Positions 19,227 through 29,503 are shown, numbered from the stretch's first letter. The stretch is DNA of 52,068 nucleotides from an uncultured Clostridia bacterium (GCA_947623775.1 CANQHL010000002.1:1-52068); one strand, 5' to 3'. The notes: a model not told the origin generated them from the sequence alone. A program made the numbers and translations.

Positions 19227-21476
19227 TTATAACTCGCTTTCAGGAGCTGCCATTTGTAGGCTTGCACCTGTAACTCTGTTGATTTCTTTAAGAAGTCTTG
19301 TTTCCATATCTGCTCTTACTTCACTTGCTTTCTTAGAGCCGTCATATGTTCTCTCTACAGAGAATTCCTTAAATTGGCTACCAACCATTACCAATGCTTT
19401 TGCTGTAACAGTTGTAGTATTGCTCTTCGGGTTGTATGATGTATTTACAGAAGTGCTTACAACAAGGGTTCCGCTAACTTCCTGTCCATCAAAGTTTGCT
19501 GTTAATGAATCTGCATCGACATCAAGTTGTGAATCATAACTTGTTCTTGAAACATTTGTTGTTTTATTTGCAAGTGGTTCCATAAGTGTTTTTGCTGAAA
19601 CATATGTTTGATTTGGAGCAATTGTGTAGCTAACTACGGAAGTATAAGGATCTCTATTTCCATCTACACATTCAACCAAGAGTGTAACATCACCTGTTGC
19701 CTTTGTATATTGAGCACTAAGAACATTCAATGCTTTTCCGCCTTTATTGCTGTCTCTAAGAACGCGGTTATATTCAGTAACGGCTGCTGGAGCAAATTCT
19801 ACTTCAATTGTTGGTTCTTGTGATGTTGCAAATCCAAGTTCTGAAAGAATTGCTGGTGTTGCTTTTTGAACATATTCACTTTCTTGTGAAGCTATTGCAA
19901 CATAATCCATAACATCTGTAAATGAACCTTCAACAAGTTCACCAGCATTATATGCTGCGAGGTCTGTTGCAAAGTTTGCAGCGCCTGTTTGAAGTTCTGT
20001 ACGATATTGGGTAACGGCTTGAGCGTATGCGCAAGTTTCGTCAACCTTTCCGCTTGCATCTACTTTATAGAATGATTCAACATTCTTTCTTGCCTGTTGT
20101 ACAGCATCCCATGTGTAAGGTGTAGCTTCGGCATCTGCAACGGCAATTGTACTTAAAGCCTCAGGTGTGATACCATTACGTTCAAACACTTCTTGTGCTG
20201 TGTCTGTTACTGCGGCCATAGCACCATAGTGTTTGCCAACGTCGTTGCCTTCGTCTGTTAGGTATGCGTTGAATTGAGCAGTTTCATTTGCATTGAGTGT
20301 TTGCTCTTGAGCAGCACCTAAGTCGTCTCTAAGTCCATCATTTTTGTTTTTCTCATCAGCAGCGGACCATGGTCCACCAACTGCAAGTCCTACAACACCA
20401 ATTGCAGCCAATCCAAGTGCGATAAGCATAGTAATTTTGCCTTTAAAGCCTTTTTGTCCCTTACCTCTTGTAGCGTCTTTAACTCTGGTTTCAATTTGTT
20501 GTGAAGCAAGAGTGCTTACCAATTTTTCTGGGCTGTCTTGTTGATATTTCAATCCAGCATAGTTGTAAAGACCTTTAAGTTCTTCAACTGCGGTTGCATC
20601 GTTTGGATCTGGGGTAAGAAGATAGTCAACAGCTCTTCTTGCTCTTCTTATTGTAGCATTATATCCTGAATTTGTTTCTCTTACTTTTTTTGAATTTGAT
20701 TCTTTTACAAGTCTTGCTAATTTTGCACGGCGAGTGTAATCTGTATCTGTTTCTTGAACACGATCTGCTTGATTTTGTGTGTTTGCACTGAATGCTTTTT
20801 CAATTGCGTCTATGATGTGACCACGACGGCTGTTTACACCTTCTCTGATCTTTATTGTGTGCAATTCTTCTGCAAGTTTGTCTGCAATTGCCTTTTCTGC
20901 TTCAACATTAATAGTTAGTTGTCTGTTTGTTTCTCTAAGTGCTCTTGCTTGTTCTTCAACTGAAGCATAAGACTCTTTGAGTTTTGCATGATCATCAAGA
21001 AGATCGCCATACCATACGTTGAGTTCTTTTACAGCATCTTCTGCAATTCTTCTTGCTTCTACTGCTTCGGCCTCACCGCCTCTTGAATTTGCGAGTGCTT
21101 CATATTGTTTCTGAACATTTTCATAAGCAGCAGTTACACTTGCAAGTTGTTCTCTTGCCGCATTAAGTTCTTCAAGAAGTGCATTGTTCCCTTCAATTTG
21201 ATCTCTTAGTCTTTGATCATATTTATCATTAACCTCATCAAATGCTGCGGAATAAGCATCGCCAAGATTTCTTGCTTGTCGATTTAATTCGCTTCTTGAT
21301 TGACCTTTTCTGCTCCCACCTCTTTTCTGAGCGTTTGTAGCAACTGTTCTTTCAAGTTCTTCATTTTTCTTTTTAAGTTCTTCAATTTGCGCACCAAGTT
21401 GTTTTTCCTTTGCTCTAAGCTCTAAAACTTGGCTTGCAAGAATTGCTCTATCTTTATCTGCAGTTCGATTATCCAT
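19227..21476 (-). CDS. Single-pass membrane protein: long N-terminal coiled-coil region plus C-terminal ectodomain, function unknown
   Basis: GGAGG RBS. Roughly 340 aa of heptad-like charged sequence (EELKKKNEELERT, LASVTAAYENVQKQYEAL). One TM (ITMLIALGLAAIGVVGLAVGG). Then a ~370-aa Ala/Thr-rich domain. Confidence 0.8.
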   Translation of the reverse strand: MDNRTADKDRAILASQVLELRAKEKQLGAQIEELKKKNEELERTVATNAQKRGGSRKGQSRSELNRQARNLGDAYSAAFDEVNDKYDQRLRDQIEGNNALLEELNAAREQLASVTAAYENVQKQYEALANSRGGEAEAVEARRIAEDAVKELNVWYGDLLDDHAKLKESYASVEEQARALRETNRQLTINVEAEKAIADKLAEELHTIKIREGVNSRRGHIIDAIEKAFSANTQNQADRVQETDTDYTRRAKLARLVKESNSKKVRETNSGYNATIRRARRAVDYLLTPDPNDATAVEELKGLYNYAGLKYQQDSPEKLVSTLASQQIETRVKDATRGKGQKGFKGKITMLIALGLAAIGVVGLAVGGPWSAADEKNKNDGLRDDLGAAQEQTLNANETAQFNAYLTDEGNDVGKHYGAMAAVTDTAQEVFERNGITPEALSTIAVADAEATPYTWDAVQQARKNVESFYKVDASGKVDETCAYAQAVTQYRTELQTGAANFATDLAAYNAGELVEGSFTDVMDYVAIASQESEYVQKATPAILSELGFATSQEPTIEVEFAPAAVTEYNRVLRDSNKGGKALNVLSAQYTKATGDVTLLVECVDGNRDPYTSVVSYTIAPNQTYVSAKTLMEPLANKTTNVSRTSYDSQLDVDADSLTANFDGQEVSGTLVVSTSVNTSYNPKSNTTTVTAKALVMVGSQFKEFSVERTYDGSKKASEVRADMETRLLKEINRVTGASLQMAAPESEL

Positions 21477-21502
21477 ATGTCTAATCCTCCTATCTTACCT
21501 AT

Positions 21503-21531
21503 ATTATACTAGATTATTTTAACGATGTCAA
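21503..21531 (-). promoter_or_regulatory. Promoter of the 19227-21476 gene
   Basis: Minus-strand TTGACA (21531-21526), 17 nt, TATAAT (21508-21503). Confidence 0.7.
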
Positions 21532-21686
21532 TACTGATTTTAAAAAATTTTTAAGATTTTTGAGAGTATTCAGAGGCAAATTTCCCTCTGCGATTATTAT
21601 AACTCAACTTTTGCCTTTTTATATGGTATGTAATATATATTTATTAATTTATACCTTATTTAATTACGCCTGCAACCTTAAACTTG

Positions 21687-22274
21687 TTAAACGGGTTCGC
21701 ATTTCTCGTCTAAGTAGGTTGCACTTAAATCGGCAAGATGCAATAGGAAGCAAACGGGATATTTATAAAACACATCGGAAAGCATGCTTGAACCGTTTTG
21801 CACTCTAGCATCATATTCTCCCATATGCCAATTGATTGCAAGTGCCTCTTCTCTTGTGAGTTTCATAAATGCCGAAAGAATGTAAACCGATTTTTCACCA
21901 TGGCCATACGGCAAGTTGTCCTCTACACGATAATACGGCCTTTGCTCCCACTTTCCGTCAACTTTAACATTTTTTAAATCCTCAACATAAGTCCCGACCT
22001 TGCATACATCATGGAGCAAACCCATTATTGCGACGCTTTCAGGGCTAACCTTGCTGCTCCAATTTTCGCCATACTCACATTCAAGTAATTTGACAAATCT
22101 TTTATATACATTGATTGAATGTTGGCAAAGTCCCCCTCTATACGCACTATGCCGCCTTGCACTTGCTGGACAAGTGAAGAAATCGGATTTTTCAAGCCAT
22201 TCAACAAGCTTTTCTGCTCCATCTCTTTCAATATTGTCGTAAAATATTTCTAAAAATTCATCTTTTGCTTCCAT
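21687..22274 (-). CDS. HD-domain phosphohydrolase
   Basis: ATG 22274 with AGGAG upstream. HD signature (GLLHDVCK) plus downstream His/Asp residues (HGEKS, HLADL). Confidence 0.75.
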   Translation of the reverse strand: MEAKDEFLEIFYDNIERDGAEKLVEWLEKSDFFTCPASARRHSAYRGGLCQHSINVYKRFVKLLECEYGENWSSKVSPESVAIMGLLHDVCKVGTYVEDLKNVKVDGKWEQRPYYRVEDNLPYGHGEKSVYILSAFMKLTREEALAINWHMGEYDARVQNGSSMLSDVFYKYPVCFLLHLADLSATYLDEKCEPV

Positions 22275-22378
22275 AAATGCTCCTAATATTATTATATTTT
22301 TTAAAAATTGAAAATGTTTCAATTGTTTTTAACTATTTATTTACCCCTTTACAAGGGCGGGAAAAACCCTTTTTGAAT

Positions 22379-24154
22379 TTATATTTTTTCTTGCGAATTA
22401 TCTTTTTGTTTAACATTGTTTTGAATTTTTTCAACCGCTTTTTCAACCCGTGATGCGTTTTTCAAAAATTCTGCTGCATCAATTTGGAAATCCTCAGGCT
22501 GGATTTCTCCGGTTCTTAACTGCTCAAATAGTTTTCGTCTATTCTTGATTATTTGAGCAACACTTGCATTTATTTTCTCTTGGTCACCATGAGTAGGTGA
22601 AAAAACAGAATATCCCGTCACTGCCTTGATTTGCTTGTTTATTCTCTCCTGCATAATTTGGTCACCTATAAGTGGATAGTAAAACTCATCAATTGCCATG
22701 CACAATTCCGCATATTCATCCTTGCCAAAGATGTCCAAAATAGCATCATAGTTGTCACTCATAAGGCAATCAACCAAAGCCTCGTGGCATGTTTTATCAA
22801 GAGGTTCAATGAGAGGAAGTGCAACAAGATATAATCCATTTTCAAATGGCGTTTCGCTGATTTCAATTCCCTTTTTCCTTGCCGCGGCCATAACCTTGCA
22901 GGCAATAATATCGGTGACAATTTCATTTAACATAGTGCCATCACCCTTATACTTCAAACCTGATTTTATAAGGCATGTTTCATTTTTGTTGCTCACGTTG
23001 GCGGTGTCGCATATATGAGTAAGCTCATGAAACAGACATTCGTTGACTTGCTGCGATGAACTAAGACGGCAAAGATTTTTTAGCTCCCCATTGTAATAAC
23101 TATGCAGTGCCGCCATAACATCACTTGAAAATATGCCATTGTAAAGAGTGTAAACTAGTTCATTATCAACCGGAATTTTATTTTCCTCAAAAAATTTATC
23201 AATCTCGTGATTGTCACCCTTTTCATTGCCAAGCATAGCACATCTTTTTTGATAAATATCTCTTATATTATCCCTAATTTCCTGAGTGGAAAATTTTTTA
23301 ATAAATTTTTCATCAAATATAAAATCTTCAATCGTTTTATGCCTCTCTGATTTTGGCACTTTATATACTTTTTCGCACTCTTTCAAAATGCTCTCAAACA
23401 CATCAAAATTATAATATGATATAAATTCCTTATTCATCAAAAAGAAGTTTGCCATTTCCCTTGTGACGCGTTTTTGAATTTTTTCGCTTGGCTTGCCTCC
23501 AAACACTTTTGCAAGATGATTGGCAATTGCTTCCGAATAATTTTGGCAATATTCCTGCTCAATTTTAATCACCTCACCGGTCTGTTCATCGCCAAAATTA
23601 CTGAACGCATGTTGCTTGATGTCGAGAAGAACGGAAATTTTTTGTTTGTATATATCGTAGACGGAACGTATTTCATTTATGCACTCTTTAATCACTTGTC
23701 TTTGCGTGCCATCATTTAATGCTTGATAGATTTTATCAAAGTTTTTCTTGTTTTCTTCCATTGACAAAAAAACACATAAAAACTTTGCCACCTTTTTATA
23801 GTCGGCGTGCGAGATGGTGTTTATCGAACGATTGAAAAATCCGCGCCAACTCCACTTTTCTAAATCGTGTAACATTTCTATTGTTATGTTTGGAACTTCT
23901 TTCGGCTCAAGTCTAAGCCTTTGCATTGCCTGTTTGTAAAATGAACCTATTTCATCTTTTAGCATTGGTTCAACATATTTATCAAAGTAATCGGTTTTAT
24001 TAAAATTTTCTCGGTCAGCAAAAACAAAAGACGTGTCCGCCATTCTTTTTTCAATAACATGTCTATACTTTTCCCCGAAGAATTCAACAAAACAGTCAAT
24101 CACTTCTTGTTTTTTTGTTTTCAGCAATTCTTCCGCACTTTGAAAGACAATCAT
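22379..24154 (-). CDS. Hypothetical 591-aa protein with an HExxH motif (possible zinc-dependent hydrolase)
   Basis: AAGGAG RBS. Single HExxH (LFHELTHICD). No signal peptide. Nothing else recognisable. Confidence 0.7.
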   Translation of the reverse strand: MIVFQSAEELLKTKKQEVIDCFVEFFGEKYRHVIEKRMADTSFVFADRENFNKTDYFDKYVEPMLKDEIGSFYKQAMQRLRLEPKEVPNITIEMLHDLEKWSWRGFFNRSINTISHADYKKVAKFLCVFLSMEENKKNFDKIYQALNDGTQRQVIKECINEIRSVYDIYKQKISVLLDIKQHAFSNFGDEQTGEVIKIEQEYCQNYSEAIANHLAKVFGGKPSEKIQKRVTREMANFFLMNKEFISYYNFDVFESILKECEKVYKVPKSERHKTIEDFIFDEKFIKKFSTQEIRDNIRDIYQKRCAMLGNEKGDNHEIDKFFEENKIPVDNELVYTLYNGIFSSDVMAALHSYYNGELKNLCRLSSSQQVNECLFHELTHICDTANVSNKNETCLIKSGLKYKGDGTMLNEIVTDIIACKVMAAARKKGIEISETPFENGLYLVALPLIEPLDKTCHEALVDCLMSDNYDAILDIFGKDEYAELCMAIDEFYYPLIGDQIMQERINKQIKAVTGYSVFSPTHGDQEKINASVAQIIKNRRKLFEQLRTGEIQPEDFQIDAAEFLKNASRVEKAVEKIQNNVKQKDNSQEKI

Positions 24155-24208
24155 TTTTGCTCCTTATAGATATTTTAACACACTTGCCTTTGTTTTTCAA
24201 GTTTTATT

Positions 24209-24541
24209 TTAAACTACAATGATTGTTATACCGGGATTTGGAATAAAAAGGTCTTGGTCGCCGTAAATTGATTTATCCTTTTCTAGAACAGCCATTGTTG
24301 CGGGGTCAAAGATGTTCCACTTATCACCCGTGAAATAGTCTTTTATAAATCCTCTTCTTTTCCATGCCATAAGATTTTTGCGTAACTCAATGCAAATAAC
24401 TCCGCCTCTTCCATGCGAGCCGTATCCATGCAAAACTTTAAGTATGCCGCCACCCTCTTTTTGCAAAAACTCAACTTCTATTTCCACAGTGGCGATGGCA
24501 CTTTCAACGCTATATCCCTCTCTTAAATTAAGAAATTTCAT
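24209..24541 (-). CDS. Stand-alone Smr (small MutS-related) domain protein
   Basis: ATG 24541 with GGAGG upstream. LKVLHGYGSHGRGGVI matches the Smr hGxG core. The ORF-track N-terminal extension lacks an RBS. Confidence 0.7.
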   Translation of the reverse strand: MKFLNLREGYSVESAIATVEIEVEFLQKEGGGILKVLHGYGSHGRGGVICIELRKNLMAWKRRGFIKDYFTGDKWNIFDPATMAVLEKDKSIYGDQDLFIPNPGITIIVV

Positions 24542-24789
24542 AGAACCTCCAATGTGACAATTGTCATTTAACGCTCGGGCAATTGAAATGTTGCACGTAT
24601 AAAATAGAAGTAATTTTACTTGCTGCGTTTGCCGCCCACTCCCAAAACAGTTTTTAGAAAAAATGTGACAATTGCCATAAGATTTCATCTACAACAAAAA
24701 AGCATATATTTAAATATGCTTTAATCTATTATATATTAACACCTTATAAAATCTTTTTCAACCTATTTTGAAAATATCATAAATTGACT

Positions 24790-25617
24790 TTAAAGTTTCA
24801 GCATATAAAGGCTTCTTAAAAATCCATTTGACAAACGCGTTTCTTTAACAAAGTTAAGTCCTATTTTTTCAAGAGTTTTCAAACTTCCGATATTTTGAGG
24901 GTGTGCCATTGATATGCAATAATCAAATCCCAATTCTCGGGCAAGATTTAATTCAATTGTTTGAAGCGTGGTTGTTATGCCAAGTCCGCGATATTCCGGC
25001 AAAACCAAATTGCCGCCCAGTTCACACACCTTTTTGTCTGTAAGTCCAAATTCTTTTTTGAAATCGGCAAGCATGTCTTGTGAAACATAAAGTTGTGCCA
25101 TGCCAACAAGTTTATCACCGCAATATGCCCCATAAAGAGGTGCATAGTTTTTGTCGTCAAACATGCTTTCAAATTCCCACTTTTCATAAGGAATAAAATA
25201 CTCTTGATTTTCAAGTCCTTTCAACACAATGTCAATCAGATTGAAAAGTTGCTCCTTGTCACTCTCCGTAACTTTTTTAAATTCAAGTTCGATATGTTGG
25301 TCAGGTGTCCACGCCGGCGAACAAGGTACGCCAAGCATCATTTTGCCTTCCCAATAATATTTTTCAAGTTTGTCGATAAGCACGACATCGTTCTTTTCAA
25401 GTTTATAACTTTTGCCGTCAACAACAACCCTTCCCTCGCCGGAAAGAACATGTGCCATTTCCTTACACTTTTTGTTTATTGCTACACCTTTTTGAGGAAA
25501 TCTTCCGTCAACTTCAACAATGCAATAATTTATATCTTTGTCACTTACATTGTATTCATATGTAACATTTGTTTTTCCCTTAAAAATCTCACAATCCTTA
25601 AATCTTTTGTGTTGCAT
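24790..25617 (-). CDS. Cupin-GNAT fusion protein (N-terminal cupin barrel, C-terminal N-acetyltransferase)
   Basis: GAGGTGA RBS. Cupin-like MAHVLSGEGRVVVDGKSYKLEKNDVVLI. GNAT motif A LVLPEYRGLGITTTL, followed by SMAHPQNIGSLKTLEKIGLNFV. Confidence 0.75.
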   Translation of the reverse strand: MQHKRFKDCEIFKGKTNVTYEYNVSDKDINYCIVEVDGRFPQKGVAINKKCKEMAHVLSGEGRVVVDGKSYKLEKNDVVLIDKLEKYYWEGKMMLGVPCSPAWTPDQHIELEFKKVTESDKEQLFNLIDIVLKGLENQEYFIPYEKWEFESMFDDKNYAPLYGAYCGDKLVGMAQLYVSQDMLADFKKEFGLTDKKVCELGGNLVLPEYRGLGITTTLQTIELNLARELGFDYCISMAHPQNIGSLKTLEKIGLNFVKETRLSNGFLRSLYMLKL

Positions 25618-25620
25618 AAA

Positions 25621-26226
25621 TCACCTCAAAATTTTACAGTTTATATCTTTGTCAACAAGTTGAGAAAACCTTTCAGCATCGCTCCTGCTTCCCACTATGT
25701 CACCATAATGAATTGGCACAACAATCTTTGGCTTTATTGCATTTGTTGCTTTTGCCGCCTCTTGTGCATTCATAGTGTAAGTGCCACCAATTGGAATAAG
25801 CAAAATATCAGCTTTTATGTTTTCTAGATCTTCCGTATCATCTCCGTCACCAGCCACCGCAACTCTTTTTCCCTCAATGTTAAGTATATAGCCAACCCAG
25901 CCATATTCCCTCAGGTGAAAGTTTTTGTTTGTGTTATAACTTGGAAAAGTGGAAAATTCAAGTGTGTCAACTTTATAATTTTTATCTGGTTCAACTTCCA
26001 CAATTTCATTGTTGAAATGTTTTGCCACTTCATCTTTCATTGATTGCGGGCAAATAATTTTGGTGTCCTGCTGAATGATTTTTTCAATGTCTTTCACCGA
26101 AAAGTGATCATAGTGCGGATGAGTCAAAAAGATATATTTTGCCTTGCCCTCTCTTACATTGACCGGGTCTACATAGATGTCGTCGTTTATGTTTAACGAA
26201 CTTTGATAATTTAATAATATTTCCAT
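25621..26226 (-). CDS. MBL-fold metallo-hydrolase
   Basis: HxHxDH motif (LTHPHYDHF), later His/Asp ligands (AGDGDD, PIHYGD). AGGAGA RBS. Confidence 0.8.
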   Translation of the reverse strand: MEILLNYQSSLNINDDIYVDPVNVREGKAKYIFLTHPHYDHFSVKDIEKIIQQDTKIICPQSMKDEVAKHFNNEIVEVEPDKNYKVDTLEFSTFPSYNTNKNFHLREYGWVGYILNIEGKRVAVAGDGDDTEDLENIKADILLIPIGGTYTMNAQEAAKATNAIKPKIVVPIHYGDIVGSRSDAERFSQLVDKDINCKILR

Positions 26227-26435
26227 GTTTTTCTCCTTTGTTTTATTTTATCACATTTTTAAAATATTGCCAAACAAATTGCCGTCTGGGTTTTGCCAAA
26301 AAAGCACTAAGAAAGGCGTTTAATGTGTTTTCTTGCAATTTTATGTCACATTCAACTTTATATTATCTTCTTGTGTCAATAAACATGAAAATTTATCAAG
26401 TTGTGTCAACTATTGTCACCTGCAATGCTGAAAAT

Positions 26436-26966
26436 TTAATTCCACTCCTTGTTTATGTATTTTATAATTGCCATTGTGAAAGCATATTCATTTAGGTCTA
26501 TTCTTGAAATCTTGTCTTTTGTCAAAATCTGAATTGCTCCGCCATGATTGTGACGGTCGTCGTCCTCACCAAAAATTTTGTTGGTAAACCTGCTCAAATC
26601 AGTTGCAATGATTTCATCTATGAAATTGTCGGGAATTGGAAAAGATGGACTTGTACCCCAACTTTCAAAGTTTTCATTGTCCTCTATAACCGCCACATTT
26701 GTGACAAGCCACTTCCCAAGAGAGTTGAACACTCCACTTTCCACAGCAATGAAAAGATCGGCTTCAATGTTGTTTTCCCTGCAATACTTTTTTAGGTTTT
26801 TAACTCTATTTTTCGCACCTCTGTAAATTTCCTCATTAACAGGCTGGTCACTTACATCACTTGGTGCACTGATGCCCTCAATTTCAACATCTTTGAAATA
26901 ATAGGAAAATGCACGTTTTGCCCCTTCAATTTTTCCTTGGTTTTTTGTCGCAATAACAACTTTCAT
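26436..26966 (-). CDS. YjjX/DUF84-family non-canonical NTP phosphatase (inosine/xanthosine triphosphatase-like)
   Basis: MKVVIATKNQGKI, SDVSDQP, GAKNRV and IAVESGV align with the YjjX pattern (T.NP.K, ESGV.EQP, GA.NR, AIE.G). GGAGG RBS. Confidence 0.7.
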   Translation of the reverse strand: MKVVIATKNQGKIEGAKRAFSYYFKDVEIEGISAPSDVSDQPVNEEIYRGAKNRVKNLKKYCRENNIEADLFIAVESGVFNSLGKWLVTNVAVIEDNENFESWGTSPSFPIPDNFIDEIIATDLSRFTNKIFGEDDDRHNHGGAIQILTKDKISRIDLNEYAFTMAIIKYINKEWN

Positions 26967-27104
26967 AAATCCTCCTTTGTTAACTTTATAAAAAATAAAT
27001 AATTTTATATTTTTTATAGGTTTATCTATTGAAAAAAATTTTATTTTATATTTCTTTTAAAACCATTTATCTCCCCCTGTTTATCGGGTGAATAAATAAT
27101 TCAA

Positions 27105-28223
27105 TTATAATTTTTTAATCATATCAATAAGTCGATTTTCATAATTTAAATTTAAGTAAAATTCATGTGCATTTTTGTTGTAAGCAAAAACCTCCAATTT
27201 TACAAATTCGCAATCTTGCAATTTGAAAAATTCTTCCATTTTTTCAACAAGCATTTTCCCGACGCCGCCCGCTCTTGCATTTTGACTTACAATAAGTTCT
27301 TCTATTATCCCCATTTTTGGACAAGTGAAATCCAGCCTGTCTAAATGGTTGTATTTTCGCAAATGTCCCGCTATAACTCCAATCACTTTATCACCATCTT
27401 TTGCAACAAAGATTTTTCCGCCACCAGAATTGGTTTCACTTAGCGTCTTGTTGAAATATCCTTCTCTGTAGCCATCGGTCAAAATGTTTAATTTATATTT
27501 GTCTATGCTTGCAATGTAATTTTGCAACTCGACCAACAAATCTTTTATTTGTTCATAGTCACTTTCGCATGCTTCAACGATTTGTATATCTTTGTTTTTA
27601 TCAATGGGAATATTTTTGCACTTTTCTTCCATTTCCAAATTGTGTGCCTCTTGCCCAAGCACGCCATCTAAATCAATGTCCCTTGCATATGGAATAAACA
27701 CTTTTTCTCCGCCCACTTCGTAATCAAGGCGGACTTTTTCTGGTGTGTAGTTATATTGAATTCTTCTTGCAGTCGGGTCAACAAGCAGCCATCTCCCTTG
27801 ATGATAACATTCACAAAATGTATGCCCGACGTATTCTTTAAAATCCTCATTTTGTTGAAGGGCTTTCACCCATGAACGAGAGGCGGTGTGCAAAATCGTT
27901 GTTGGCACCCCAATTTGGCGAGCGAATGTCGCAAACAGCAGTGCATAATCAGTGCAACCTGTACAAGTTTTGCTTGCCCATATCTCTTCCGCACTTCTTC
28001 TAAACTTCCACTTGCCTTGAAATTGGCGGTCGGAAGTGTACGCCGTTTTGGCAAACACCCAATTATATAAACTTGATAAAATGTTTGCCTCTTTGCCACT
28101 TTTCAATTTTGCTTTATAGTCTCTTAAAACCATATCTAAAACATATTCATTTTTCAAAAAAGGTTTAGTCAGATTTCCCTCATCTAAAAACCTCGGAATG
28201 TCTTTCTCGTTTAAACTCTCCAT
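27105..28223 (-). CDS. Transglutaminase-like cysteine-protease-fold domain fused to a GNAT acetyltransferase
   Basis: Cys-His-Asp triad context: TGCTDYALLFATFARQIGVPT, GHTFCECY, LLVDPT. C-terminal GNAT motif A LIVSQNARAGGVGKMLV, followed by LEVFAYNKNAHEFY. Confidence 0.75.
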   Translation of the reverse strand: MESLNEKDIPRFLDEGNLTKPFLKNEYVLDMVLRDYKAKLKSGKEANILSSLYNWVFAKTAYTSDRQFQGKWKFRRSAEEIWASKTCTGCTDYALLFATFARQIGVPTTILHTASRSWVKALQQNEDFKEYVGHTFCECYHQGRWLLVDPTARRIQYNYTPEKVRLDYEVGGEKVFIPYARDIDLDGVLGQEAHNLEMEEKCKNIPIDKNKDIQIVEACESDYEQIKDLLVELQNYIASIDKYKLNILTDGYREGYFNKTLSETNSGGGKIFVAKDGDKVIGVIAGHLRKYNHLDRLDFTCPKMGIIEELIVSQNARAGGVGKMLVEKMEEFFKLQDCEFVKLEVFAYNKNAHEFYLNLNYENRLIDMIKKL

Positions 28224-28238
28224 ATTCTAAAATTATGC

Positions 28239-28718
28239 TTACTCCTTTCTTTGACTTTTTATCAAGTTTTCAATTTGTATCGGCAAATATTTCTCCACAT
28301 TTTTGTTTCTGCTTAGAAGTTCATTGACCATGCTTGAGCTTATTGCTCCATACTCGCCCGCCCTTAAATAAAAGGTGTCCAATCCACTTATTTCCTGATT
28401 TACCATGGCAAGACTTTCTTCATAATCATAATCCATTCCATTTCTTATGCCACGGATTAAAAATGTTGTGCCATATTCAAGGGCAACATCAGCGGTGAGG
28501 CCTTCAAAATTTATACATTCGCAATTGTCAAGTCCCTCATCTTTAAACACCTTGTTTATCGCATCTTGCATTTGCTCTTTTGCGTACTTTCTTGCTTTTT
28601 TCGGATTTACACCTATTCCAACAATCACCTTATCAAAAAGTTTGCTTGCCTGCTGAACTATGTATAAATGTCCCTTTGTGAAGGGGTCAAAACTTCCCGC
28701 ATAAAATCCTATCCTCAT
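28239..28718 (-). CDS. coaD: Phosphopantetheine adenylyltransferase (CoaD-type cytidylyltransferase fold)
   Basis: GSFDPFTKGH (T/HxGH motif), LIRGIRNGMDYDYE, ISSSMV; 159 aa. AAGGAGA RBS. Confidence 0.75.
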   Translation of the reverse strand: MRIGFYAGSFDPFTKGHLYIVQQASKLFDKVIVGIGVNPKKARKYAKEQMQDAINKVFKDEGLDNCECINFEGLTADVALEYGTTFLIRGIRNGMDYDYEESLAMVNQEISGLDTFYLRAGEYGAISSSMVNELLSRNKNVEKYLPIQIENLIKSQRKE

Positions 28719-28729
28719 ATTTTCTCCTT

Positions 28730-29503
28730 TTATACTAAGTAAATTTCTTCCGCTTTTGCAACAGTCACATTGTCAAAAACTTGCTTTGCCTCACTTAGAT
28801 AGTTGTTTTCATCTTCAAATGCCCAGACATGAGTTAAAATTAGTTTTTTAACATTTGCTTCTTTTGCAATGTTTCCCGCTTGAAAGGCCGTCAAATGATT
28901 GCATATCTCGGGAAAGCCATGCCCTCTTAACAAACTTGCTTCACAAATTAATATATCGGCATCTTGTGCAAATTTTACAAATTTTTCCTTTGATGAATAC
29001 GACATATCGGAAGAATATATCACCGTTTTATCAAAAATTTTTATTCTTATCGCAAATGTATCCACGCCTGGTGCATGGTCAACTTTCAAAAAGTCAATTT
29101 TAAATTCGCCAATTTCATACTTTGCGTTTTCGTCTATGGAATGATAATTACAATATGCGTCTTTTTCCTCTTTGAGCAATTTGCTTATAGGCGAAGAAAA
29201 TTCCGGCAAATAGACATCTATCCCTTCTTTCAAAAAGCCCTGCCTGTGCATAATAAGTGAGGAATATTGATAGTTTGCAAGGTCGTTGAAATGGTCTTTA
29301 TGCAAGTGAGAAATTATTATATTCACATTCTCAAGTTCTCGCATATCGAAAAATCTATGGCTTCCGCTTCCGCAATCTAAAATCAACTTCTTGTCTCCGC
29401 TTTCAATTAAATACGATGGACAAGCATTATCCCTATTTGAAAACGGACTTTGTGAACCTAAAATTTTTATGAATGTTTCATTGTCTGTTTTTTGGTTTTT
29501 CAA
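28730..29503 (-). CDS. MBL-fold hydrolase (RNase Z / beta-lactamase superfamily)
   Basis: IISHLHKDHFNDL, later VDHAPG and LTHV ligand positions. Start is TTG at 29503 with GGGGA 8 nt upstream. Confidence 0.75.
   Translation of the reverse strand: MKNQKTDNETFIKILGSQSPFSNRDNACPSYLIESGDKKLILDCGSGSHRFFDMRELENVNIIISHLHKDHFNDLANYQYSSLIMHRQGFLKEGIDVYLPEFSSPISKLLKEEKDAYCNYHSIDENAKYEIGEFKIDFLKVDHAPGVDTFAIRIKIFDKTVIYSSDMSYSSKEKFVKFAQDADILICEASLLRGHGFPEICNHLTAFQAGNIAKEANVKKLILTHVWAFEDENNYLSEAKQVFDNVTVAKAEEIYLV

Noticed and set aside
21560-21600. Hairpin CAGAGG...CCTCTG downstream of the HD gene as an intrinsic terminator
   Set aside because: It is not followed by a T-run on either strand, so it is left unannotated.
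25093-25827. 244-aa plus-strand ORF
   Set aside because: It is entirely antisense to two well-supported minus-strand genes (cupin-GNAT and MBL hydrolase). Its sequence is low-complexity and F/I/K/N-rich, typical of AT-rich antisense frames. It has no RBS.
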